Positions 1 to 9,312 of a stretch of DNA of 64,000 bases are shown here, piece by piece. The stretch spans positions 56,877 through 120,876 of the IMG/VR virus record IMGVR_UViG_3300035666_000005, one strand, 5' to 3'. Made by a program: the position numbers and the translations under genes. Under the pieces are notes generated by a model. It did no database searches, was not told where the DNA came from, and was given only the letters and a program-made list of their open reading frames with translations. Source of the stretch: a virus. Every line of letters begins with the position of its first letter. Within the stretch, counting starts at the first letter, position 1.

Positions 1-1393
1 TTTCATAATCAGAAGGATCAAACTCAACAAATATATCTCCCGTATTTATGAAAAATTTCGAAACCAAGCCGGTTTTTAAACCAGTTTTGTATTCATATAC
101 AAAAGAATATTGAGAACATATTGAATTACTTGGATTCGCATTACAAATTGTATTGTAATTTTCTTCGCTAATCGGTGGTGGAACAAAATTACCATTTGTA
201 TCTAAATACCACCCCCTTCTTTCATCTGGTACTATACCAGTAACGATTCCAGAAAAAAATCCTGTTAAAAATCCACCGTTAAAATTTAAAAATCCTGTAT
301 ATAAAATATCAGGTTGAAAACCTTTTGCACCTATATTTGTTAATGTAAAAATATTGCCTAAACCAGAACCTAATACAGTATAATTTTTTTCAATATATTG
401 GTCCTCAGCAACTTTAAACTCTCTTACAATACCAGATCCCGTTCCATATTCATAATAATTTCTTAAAAGGTTAAAACCACTTACGAAACCTGACACATTA
501 CTAGATAAAAATCCACTTCCCGTAATAAATCCAGAAACATTTTGATTAGTAACAAAAGCTGTCCTTTGAACATTCCTATAATAATCCCCAGTTAAGCCAC
601 TAATATATTTTAATTGTATTGATAAATTAGCAGAATCAGCATTTCTAAAAACTATATTATAATCTTTATAATAATTATTTTCTACATACAAAATATTCGG
701 ACCAAATGACAAATAATAAGTTTCATCTTCAAGTCGTATTCCAGATAAAGTGACACGTAATTCTTGAGTACCAAAATCTGTATCTAAAATAATATTTGTA
801 TTAGATAAACTAATTATATTATTTCTATTTATTAAATAAAAATATCCTGAATTATTTTGCTCTATACTTAAATTATTGAGCCCAGTTACAGTAAAATTAT
901 TATTAGTTACTATACCAGAAAAAATTGTAAAATTATAATCACTATTATTAATAATATTGATTTTTATTAATTCACCAGATCGATAAGAAACCTTTTCGTC
1001 ATAGAAATATTCTGGGGTATCACCTAAAATACTTAAATTTAAAAAATTAACGTTTTGGCTGCCAATTGAATTTAAACTAAAACCAGTAATTTTATCATAA
1101 TTTTGAATTGGAAGTCCAAGATATAAAGGGTTAGCATTATTATATAAATCAATTCTATTATTAGAAATATTCCCAGATAAATTTAAATTTGAGTTAGTTT
1201 CATAACTTCCGATAAAATCGCCACTAGGAGAATAAATTTTTCTATTTTCAATCGAAAAAATATTAAAAATATTGCCGCTATTCGAATGAAAATTAAAATT
1301 AAAAATACCCGTAGATACAGGTCTTAAATTGAATAACCAATTAACCGTATCTTGTGGGTATATATACCGAAACCTTGTACCAGATATTAACAT
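1..1393 (-). CDS. Putative tail-tip/baseplate structural protein (partial, runs off the window start)
   Basis: ATG at 1393 (MLISGTRFRYIYPQD...). The same frame is open at the window start (...VEFDPSDYE). TG/SG-rich like neighbouring virion proteins, GTGTAA motif 10 nt upstream. Absent from the ORF track because it has no stop in the window. Confidence 0.6.
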   Translation of the reverse strand, partial: MLISGTRFRYIYPQDTVNWLFNLRPVSTGIFNFNFHSNSGNIFNIFSIENRKIYSPSGDFIGSYETNSNLNLSGNISNNRIDLYNNANPLYLGLPIQNYDKITGFSLNSIGSQNVNFLNLSILGDTPEYFYDEKVSYRSGELIKINIINNSDYNFTIFSGIVTNNNFTVTGLNNLSIEQNNSGYFYLINRNNIISLSNTNIILDTDFGTQELRVTLSGIRLEDETYYLSFGPNILYVENNYYKDYNIVFRNADSANLSIQLKYISGLTGDYYRNVQRTAFVTNQNVSGFITGSGFLSSNVSGFVSGFNLLRNYYEYGTGSGIVREFKVAEDQYIEKNYTVLGSGLGNIFTLTNIGAKGFQPDILYTGFLNFNGGFLTGFFSGIVTGIVPDERRGWYLDTNGNFVPPPISEENYNTICNANPSNSICSQYSFVYEYKTGLKTGLVSKFFINTGDIFVEFDPSDYE

Positions 1394-1426
1394 CTTCTAA
1401 TTATTACACATAATTGTTAATATCAA

Positions 1427-4219
1427 TTAGACGTTTCTAACGGCTTTTTCATATTTTCTAAGATTAGTTTTATTAATAGGAGATATAGAGCCACTATTTT
1501 TTGCCTGTTTAATAGGAATAAAATTTCTTAAATTTTGTTTTAATATATCAATACTTGGTGGAGAAATAATTTTATCTTCTAATACATAATCTGTAAAAAC
1601 TCCATTATCTGTGACACTAATTGACACAGTAGACAAACCATCTTCTAATCCATAAGATGAAGAAAAAACGCCTGCTGACCTAAAAGATGCTCTATTTTGC
1701 ACTTCAGTCATACTATAGCGTGTAAATTCGTTAGCTTTGGACATGTATTGTTCGATAGATTTTTTATCTACTTGGCAATCTGCTCTTGAAGAATTTCTTG
1801 ATCCTTTATTATTCCTAAATATATTTAAATTATCTTCATCAATTTGTTCATAATGATAAATAACTTTAGATGCTTTTCGAATATTTTCTGCGTCGTACTG
1901 TTGAACATATTCAATTTTTGGAAAATATATTTTAAAATTACTACTTGCTGTTGCAATTACATCATAACCTGTTGAGGACCCTTCTGGAGCCTCATCACCA
2001 TAAAGAATTTCTGATGGTGCGCCACTTGCAGTAGTTCTAGAAAATGATTCTACGGGAGTATGAATTATTATATCAGAATTTGCGCCAATTGTTAAAACAA
2101 CATATTTAGCATCTTCTCCTAATCCATAGTTACATATTTCATTAATTTGAATTTCTCCAAAAATATCATGCTCTATTTCATTTTTTACTGGTTTTCGTTT
2201 AGATTCTTTTGGATGTTCTGTAGAATTTTTAATATCAAATTGTACTTTATAAGCGTCTAAATTTCCTTTTCTCACTATATATAAACGAATTTGTGGATCA
2301 TCTACTGCTTCTCTATATATATCAAAAAGAAGATCAGGCCGACCATCTCCTTGGGTAAATTTTGATGGTATTTGTCCTGCATACCAATCGAATAAGTCTT
2401 TATACCATTTTGCAAAGTCTTGTTCTGGTTCCCATTTTGGTTCCCGTTCGTGTAGTATAAAACCTTTTACTGTGAATTCTTTCTCCTCTGGATCATTAGA
2501 ATATGTATCTAATTGGGTATCATATTCGTCTTCCGCACTACTGATTTCATTATCTAAATTTGAAATAAAAGAACCTTCTTCATGACCAAAATCAAAAATA
2601 CTTAAATTCTTTAATTGGGAATTTTTATAGTACCAACTACCATTTCCGTCAGGACCTTCTATTGTAACTTCTGTTCTTGAGTTAGATGCGTTAGGTATCG
2701 TCGTTTCATAGTCTTTTATCCAATACTTGCCCAAAAAATTTCGAGCCAATTCTGTTTCTCTATCTCGTTCTTTATTATATAAATCTTCATTAGATTTAGC
2801 AATGAAAAAGTAATAATTAGGATTATCATCGGAACCTCTTGTTGTAGATCCGTTTAGACCTAAATTTAAAACATCTCTTTGTTCTTTAGATAACAAATCG
2901 CTTAGCCTTGCAAAATCAGCTCTATCATCACTATTTTCGCTATCAGGACTTAAGACCTTTAGCACTTCCATATTTCCAAAAAAAGATAATGTTTTTGCTG
3001 GTAATTTTCCGGAAGAAGCTCCTTGCCCACTAGAAGCTTTTTGTTGTACAAATTCATCTAATTTAGAAGAGTCGAGAATACCATAATGATAAAACCAAAG
3101 TATTGCATCCCTCATTTCTAAAGAATAATAACTTAAAGCAACAGCCAATTCTTTAGCTTCGAAATCTTTTAAATTGGAACCCTCTCCGCCAGACTCTCCG
3201 CCAGACTCTCCGCCAGACTCTCCGCCAGACTCTCCGCCAGACTCTCCGCCAGACTCTTCGTCAGACACTTGGCCGTCACCACTATCAAAAGACCCGTCTT
3301 CTGCAAGAGCACCAAGGGTCAAACAATTTAAATTTTCTAAAGTTGATTGTTGACAAGTATAAGGCTCTACGTTTCCTTGTCTACTAAAATAACCAATAGA
3401 TCCTTGTGTATAAGTATTCTCTACCGTTCCTCCGTACTCTAAATCTATTAAATCATTATCACTTTTTAAAGTACTTTCAGGTGGAATATTTATTCTATTT
3501 TTTCTACTAATAAATTTTAGTTCGTTTTTAAATGGGTCCCAGAAAAACGCCAATCCTAAATCAGAACACCAGCTACTTAATACTTGCCTTAAAGGTCCGA
3601 TATGATTAGATTTATATGAAGAATAATTACTTGCATTAAAAGAACAATTAAAATTATTTGATATCGCTGAAATTAATTCATTAAAAGTATAATAGACTTC
3701 AAAAATACTAAATTCTGATAAAACAGGGTCACAAGCATTCTCATATTTATTTGGAGGCATTTCGGGGCAAGGGTCGCATGGATCAACTTGACCATCAACT
3801 TCTTCATATTCAACCGTTGAGTCCAAATCTTGATCGCATGGATGATAAGCTTTTCCAAGAATTATTAAACGAGGAGCATTACGATTATTTTTATAACCCC
3901 ATTTATTCTGTAAACCGACGTAATAACGATCTAAATCAACACTTTGATCTGAGTAACTTAATTCTAATATTTTTCTATCAGGACTATTTTTGAGTTGATA
4001 AGAAGTTAAATAACCTTGAAATTTAAATTGTCCAATATCAATAGACTGTGGACGATCATATCCCAAACTAGATTGTGGATTTGCATAAACTCCCCGTTCA
4101 TTAACAACGCTAATAGTTAATTTTGAAGGGCTATCGCCACCATTAAAAGACCAATTTACATCAAAAGGCATTCCACCAAAAAAATTTCCACGGATATTAT
4201 TAACATTAATTACCTTCAT
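1427..4219 (-). CDS. Putative tail-tip/baseplate hub-like protein (930 aa)
   Basis: Long ORF downstream of the tape measure in the tail module; function assigned from position only. Confidence 0.5.
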   Translation of the reverse strand: MKVINVNNIRGNFFGGMPFDVNWSFNGGDSPSKLTISVVNERGVYANPQSSLGYDRPQSIDIGQFKFQGYLTSYQLKNSPDRKILELSYSDQSVDLDRYYVGLQNKWGYKNNRNAPRLIILGKAYHPCDQDLDSTVEYEEVDGQVDPCDPCPEMPPNKYENACDPVLSEFSIFEVYYTFNELISAISNNFNCSFNASNYSSYKSNHIGPLRQVLSSWCSDLGLAFFWDPFKNELKFISRKNRINIPPESTLKSDNDLIDLEYGGTVENTYTQGSIGYFSRQGNVEPYTCQQSTLENLNCLTLGALAEDGSFDSGDGQVSDEESGGESGGESGGESGGESGGESGGEGSNLKDFEAKELAVALSYYSLEMRDAILWFYHYGILDSSKLDEFVQQKASSGQGASSGKLPAKTLSFFGNMEVLKVLSPDSENSDDRADFARLSDLLSKEQRDVLNLGLNGSTTRGSDDNPNYYFFIAKSNEDLYNKERDRETELARNFLGKYWIKDYETTIPNASNSRTEVTIEGPDGNGSWYYKNSQLKNLSIFDFGHEEGSFISNLDNEISSAEDEYDTQLDTYSNDPEEKEFTVKGFILHEREPKWEPEQDFAKWYKDLFDWYAGQIPSKFTQGDGRPDLLFDIYREAVDDPQIRLYIVRKGNLDAYKVQFDIKNSTEHPKESKRKPVKNEIEHDIFGEIQINEICNYGLGEDAKYVVLTIGANSDIIIHTPVESFSRTTASGAPSEILYGDEAPEGSSTGYDVIATASSNFKIYFPKIEYVQQYDAENIRKASKVIYHYEQIDEDNLNIFRNNKGSRNSSRADCQVDKKSIEQYMSKANEFTRYSMTEVQNRASFRSAGVFSSSYGLEDGLSTVSISVTDNGVFTDYVLEDKIISPPSIDILKQNLRNFIPIKQAKNSGSISPINKTNLRKYEKAVRNV
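3182..3253. repeat. Perfect 12-bp tandem repeat (CTCTCCGCCAGA x6) encoding (ESGG)6
   Basis: Directly visible; in frame within 1427..4219. Confidence 0.95.
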
Positions 4220-4224
4220 AATAT

Positions 4225-6087
4225 TTACATAAATAGAGTATTATTATTATATATTAAATTATTTTTTGTATCTAATATTGCAGCGCCATTATTTAAACTA
4301 AAATCACCATTTTCAATATAATCAAAATTTAATCTTTGCCTGATACCATTTTTATAAATTTTAGCAAAATTATTATAAAAAGTTCTATTAATAGAATATA
4401 AATGACCTGAACCGGTAATATTTATATTAAAGTTTTTTGGAATTAAAGCTAATTTACCGGAAATATCATCTCCTAAAATTTGGAAAAAATTATTAAAATT
4501 ATTATTAAAATAATGAATACCACTTGTAAGTTTTTGCCCATTAAAAAATACATCATATTCATTAAGATTATTAATATTTAATACTCCAGAATTGTTTTTT
4601 GTAAAACGGGTTTCTACGATAGAATTTCCCGTAATAAAATCTGCAAAAACACTATGAGTACTATCATATTCAGATAATAAAAATTCTCCTTTTCTTTGTG
4701 TAATATAATCACCACTAGCAATAAAAATATTTGGAGAATATACTGTGCCAATTTGACGACCAGACCCGCTGGTTAATAATACTCCATTTGCGTATATTGT
4801 ATGATTAAAATTATTAAAGTCAGATTTAATTCTAGAAAAAACATAAGTCTTATTAACTTCATCATAAAATGATCCAAAATTTTTTGTATACCTTAAGTCA
4901 TAATTGCCAGTAATAAACTGGGCTTCAATAATATCTTGAACATCTGTTTTAACTAATAAATTAATTTTATCTTTTCCGAACTCAACGACTTTTTTTTCAT
5001 CAATTTTTATAAATTCTTCAATAGTTCCGCTTTCAAATAATCTTAAACGCCCACTTAATGGCAAAAATCCCGTAATGAACAAATCGCCTATTAATTCAAC
5101 TTCTTGATAACCAGGCTCTTCATTACCGAACGCATCAATATAAGTACCTGTTATAATATATTCTATACCGGTTACGACATTTGTTTGAATTTCAATTATT
5201 CCAGTTTCATATCCAGTTATTCCAAATAAGTAGCCAGTTAAAAGAATTTCTTCACCCAAAACGCCTGTTGTAACCCCAGTCACTCCGGTTAGATATTCGT
5301 CAATAAAAAAATCGGTAGCTGGAAAATAATTTGATATAAAACTTTTTGTAATATTTTCAATTTCATATTGATATATAGAAGGAGAACAAAAAATTATTTG
5401 TTCTAGATATCCTTGGAACTGTTTATTATAATTATAAGAGTTTAATGATACTGGATTTTTACCTATAAAAATATTGTTAGGATTAAAAATAAATTGACTA
5501 TTAATATTAAAATTGTTTGAAACAATTCCAGACTCTATGAAATCATAATAACCGAAAGAAATATTACGATTCGCAATATTACAAAAAACAGCTGATTTAT
5601 CTCCAACGAAAAAATCAGAAGTGAAAACTTTAGGCCCTTCAGAATCGTAAAACTCGAAATAAAGTTTATCATTTGCTGTGAAACCAAATTCAAATCCTTT
5701 ATAAACAAGACTATTTAACGGAACCCCAAATTCATTAAAATATTCTTCTTCTTCTGCAAAAACTGTGGATAATAAAGTAGAACCTGTTTTTGCTATATTT
5801 TCATAAACACATACAAAACTAAAATCTTCAAAATCAATTATATTATCTGTATTATATATATTAATATAATTATTTTCAATGTACCCAGCGCCACTTTTAA
5901 ACCAAAAATTATTAACACTAGGTAAAATTTGACCACTAAATAAAAAATTATCATTAAAATCAGCTTTTCCTGATATGGGCGTAATAATAGAACTACCAGA
6001 ATCAAAAGAAAAATAAAATAAAAGATTTTCGTCAAGTTTTCCTGGAAATCTTTCGTTATAAAATTGTATTTCTGTAAGTTTATTCAT
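4225..6087 (-). CDS. Tail protein with N-terminal LamG/concanavalin-like domain
   Basis: LLFYFSFD and FQGYLEQIIF resemble LamG-like signatures; lies in the tail module. Confidence 0.55.
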   Translation of the reverse strand: MNKLTEIQFYNERFPGKLDENLLFYFSFDSGSSIITPISGKADFNDNFLFSGQILPSVNNFWFKSGAGYIENNYINIYNTDNIIDFEDFSFVCVYENIAKTGSTLLSTVFAEEEEYFNEFGVPLNSLVYKGFEFGFTANDKLYFEFYDSEGPKVFTSDFFVGDKSAVFCNIANRNISFGYYDFIESGIVSNNFNINSQFIFNPNNIFIGKNPVSLNSYNYNKQFQGYLEQIIFCSPSIYQYEIENITKSFISNYFPATDFFIDEYLTGVTGVTTGVLGEEILLTGYLFGITGYETGIIEIQTNVVTGIEYIITGTYIDAFGNEEPGYQEVELIGDLFITGFLPLSGRLRLFESGTIEEFIKIDEKKVVEFGKDKINLLVKTDVQDIIEAQFITGNYDLRYTKNFGSFYDEVNKTYVFSRIKSDFNNFNHTIYANGVLLTSGSGRQIGTVYSPNIFIASGDYITQRKGEFLLSEYDSTHSVFADFITGNSIVETRFTKNNSGVLNINNLNEYDVFFNGQKLTSGIHYFNNNFNNFFQILGDDISGKLALIPKNFNINITGSGHLYSINRTFYNNFAKIYKNGIRQRLNFDYIENGDFSLNNGAAILDTKNNLIYNNNTLFM

Positions 6088-7703
6088 TATTGATATTTGA
6101 TTGTTTCACAATTTTCGGATATATTAAAACTATAATTAAAACCATTATCAGAATTTATAGGTGTAGTAACATTATCTTCGGTAGTTACTGATCTAATTGA
6201 ACCAACACTAGATTTTAAACTATTTAACTTATTAAAAGCTCGGCTCCTAATAGACCCCTTAAGAAGCGAAGAATCTCCCACGGCGGAACCATCAATACCA
6301 ACCGTACCTCTTTTAAAGAAATTTAAATTAAAAACCCCATTATCGCCATTTAAAAATTGAATTGGATTGTAAACATCTATAGATGGTGTTGCAGACAATG
6401 TATATTCAAATCTTTTTAAACCAGGAACTTCTTCAAATTGATTACTATATTCAGTAGAAAAAGAAAGCGAAATAATAGTATCCTCATATTGATTATAGGT
6501 CACGGTTGAGTTTATTGGATTAGAATTTAAATTTAAAGTTTTAGATTCCGCGTTTCTATTAAAAAAATTATTAGCTAAATTAAATAAATTTAAACTATTG
6601 TAGGCTGATTCTAATTTTATTTTTTTATCTTTTTGAGGTCCGCGCGCTGTTAAAGTTCCATTTATAGTAATAGTTGTAATATCTTTAATTCTATCATAAT
6701 TCATTTGATAACTAATATCTGATTTAACATCGTAAGGATCATTGGTAAAAGTATAGTTAAAATTTAAAGAATTATTGATCCTATCCTCGGTAATAGAAAA
6801 ATTTTCTGGATCTGGGTTTAAATAATTTAAGCCCGTAAGCTCTTTAAATCTTGTGAGCGCAAGGTTAAATAAGTTAATATTTTGTAAACTAGATTTTAAT
6901 TGAGTTTGTATCTGATCTGAATTGTCGTTTATATCAGATATATCAGAAGTAATTAAATTACCTTGTATATTTACTGTGTAAAGACCTGATTTTTCATCGT
7001 AATTAATATCAATAGAATTTGATAATATAATATTATTATTAGGTGCATTGGAACGATATATAAACTCGACATCTAGAGAAACAGTTCCTTCCATACGGTT
7101 AACTGTTTCAATCATCCGTCTTGGCTTTAAATTCGAGCCTGGATCTGTTAAATTTCCAATTGCAAACAAAATTGGTGGTACGATATTTTTTTGTGGGGTA
7201 ATTCCATTATTAATAAAATTTCTAGCATTATTTATTGCATCTGGCCCAAGACCTTGGGCAGAAATTTGTCTTGTGATAACAATTGTTCCGTCTGCATTTT
7301 CTGTAATTTGACGATTATCTACTGGATTTATTATTCTATAATTAATACTAGATAGATTATCTGGATAGCAAATAAAATTTGCCGTGTAATCTGCCCCACC
7401 AAAAAAACTAGATTGATTAATATCTACCGATTCGCATCTTGCAAATTGACCAGAAATATCTCCAGCGGTTATCGATTGAAAATCATTTTTTAAAGCTTCA
7501 AATAATGTATTAATTTTACTAGAAACATTTTGAGAATTTGAGCAAAAATTTGTAGGAAGAATTTTTCCTTGAATTGTAATTCTTTTTGAAGTTTTAAATT
7601 TACCGCCCACAATAACTTGCTCATCAGAAACACCTACAAAAGGATCTATTCCTTCAGAAATAGAAGAAAAATCAAAATTACCATAAGTTACTAAATTAGC
7701 CAT
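6087..7703 (-). CDS. Putative tail/baseplate structural protein (538 aa)
   Basis: Tail-module position; beta-rich internal repeats; resembles 7734..9302. Confidence 0.5.
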   Translation of the reverse strand: MANLVTYGNFDFSSISEGIDPFVGVSDEQVIVGGKFKTSKRITIQGKILPTNFCSNSQNVSSKINTLFEALKNDFQSITAGDISGQFARCESVDINQSSFFGGADYTANFICYPDNLSSINYRIINPVDNRQITENADGTIVITRQISAQGLGPDAINNARNFINNGITPQKNIVPPILFAIGNLTDPGSNLKPRRMIETVNRMEGTVSLDVEFIYRSNAPNNNIILSNSIDINYDEKSGLYTVNIQGNLITSDISDINDNSDQIQTQLKSSLQNINLFNLALTRFKELTGLNYLNPDPENFSITEDRINNSLNFNYTFTNDPYDVKSDISYQMNYDRIKDITTITINGTLTARGPQKDKKIKLESAYNSLNLFNLANNFFNRNAESKTLNLNSNPINSTVTYNQYEDTIISLSFSTEYSNQFEEVPGLKRFEYTLSATPSIDVYNPIQFLNGDNGVFNLNFFKRGTVGIDGSAVGDSSLLKGSIRSRAFNKLNSLKSSVGSIRSVTTEDNVTTPINSDNGFNYSFNISENCETIKYQ

Positions 7704-7733
7704 ACCTTTTACCTGTAATAATATTACACTAAA

Positions 7734-9302
7734 CTAAGGCATTCTGAAGTAAGTTGCGCTAAAATTAAATTCTCTCTCTGATGGAGAGTATGAATATGAA
7801 ACATTTGAAATATAACCAATATTAGGAGCTAAACTTCTGGCTTTTGATAAATATTGTGATAATGAAACATCTGCTTTTCCATTTAAAACAATATTATAAG
7901 TTGTATTGTTTTCCAACAAATTCCTTTGTATTTGGGCAATTTCTTTTTTACCGACAATATTAAAAGTACTAAATAAATTTCTATTATAATCTTCTTGCAC
8001 ATTACTTATAATTTTTGTGAAAGGTCCGGTTTCTTGTATAGAGCTACTAGAATTATAAGATTTATTATATTTAACAGAACCTTGTATTTCCGAATGAGTT
8101 TCTGAAGAAGAAACTTCTTTTAAAGTAACCCCAGGTACATAATTAGTAATTCTATTTTTAATTTGAGATTTTTTGCTATTGTATAAAGCTAATGCTTTTT
8201 GATATTTTGTATTTGTTATATTAACTTCACGAACCCCAATAATTGTTCCGTCTTCGCTTCCAGTAATTTCTCCGCTTTCATTTTTTTCGATATTAATGCT
8301 ATATTCCCAGAATCCTTGTTCGGCTATTAATTCTCGTGAAGTCGTATATGAAATAGAGTAAGAAACCCTGCCTTCAAAAACTACAGAAGTAAAATTTTTA
8401 GTAATTGGTGTTGGTATTAAACTTCCATACTTAGCGACATTATAAGAATTAGATAAGTTTGATAAAGAACTATTTAATAATTGAAGAGCACGCGTATAAG
8501 CCGCATCATATCGCGCATTTACAGTCCCAGCAATATTAGATACACATTCGACATTTTCAGTCGCAATAATTATTCCATCTTGTTGATATGAGATTGATGT
8601 ATTTCTTGTTACTAAAACATTATCAGAGCTTTGACTTTCTCTTGGATATAAATCATAACTGACATTAAAACTATAAGTATTTGTTATTGGGTCATACGCT
8701 TGTTCGTAATACTTTTTAACAGATTTTTGATACTGGCCGGTAATTAAACTAGTTAAAGAATTATTATTAATAAATTTTTCTATAATGTTTTTTGCAACTA
8801 ATCTATTATTGGCTTGATTTTTAACCGGAGGTATTAATGACAAAGAAATTGTTTGACTATAAGAATCTTTTATGCCCTCTCCTTTTGTAAAAGTACTAGA
8901 TTCTGAAAAACTTTCTAAAAATTTAAAATTCGAATCAGATATTGAGCCATTTAAACCTTCTATAGAAGTATTAATACTGCCATCTTGAGGTATAACAATA
9001 TTTACAGAATATCTTTTATCATTTACGTCATCTCCTTCTGGGCCAGAGGTAAAATTTGTTATATACCCACTTCCAAAAGAAACTCCATTAATTGTAATGG
9101 GTTGATAAAAATTAGCGCTACTTGCAAAAATTGTATTTTCTAAATTATTAAGCTGAGCATGAATTGCATTATAAGTAGTTGAAGACAGGTCTAAAAAAAT
9201 ACCTTCGACTGTTATTTCTAGAACTGTCTTCCAACGCAAATTCTCTCCGAAAAATTCGGAACGACTATTAGCGTTTAATATTTGAACATTTGGAAAATTC
9301 AT
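7734..9302 (-). CDS. Putative distal tail/baseplate structural protein (522 aa)
   Basis: Immediately downstream of the tape measure gene; resembles 6087..7703. Confidence 0.5.
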   Translation of the reverse strand: MNFPNVQILNANSRSEFFGENLRWKTVLEITVEGIFLDLSSTTYNAIHAQLNNLENTIFASSANFYQPITINGVSFGSGYITNFTSGPEGDDVNDKRYSVNIVIPQDGSINTSIEGLNGSISDSNFKFLESFSESSTFTKGEGIKDSYSQTISLSLIPPVKNQANNRLVAKNIIEKFINNNSLTSLITGQYQKSVKKYYEQAYDPITNTYSFNVSYDLYPRESQSSDNVLVTRNTSISYQQDGIIIATENVECVSNIAGTVNARYDAAYTRALQLLNSSLSNLSNSYNVAKYGSLIPTPITKNFTSVVFEGRVSYSISYTTSRELIAEQGFWEYSINIEKNESGEITGSEDGTIIGVREVNITNTKYQKALALYNSKKSQIKNRITNYVPGVTLKEVSSSETHSEIQGSVKYNKSYNSSSSIQETGPFTKIISNVQEDYNRNLFSTFNIVGKKEIAQIQRNLLENNTTYNIVLNGKADVSLSQYLSKARSLAPNIGYISNVSYSYSPSEREFNFSATYFRMP

Positions 9303-9312
9303 ATTATGCTAA

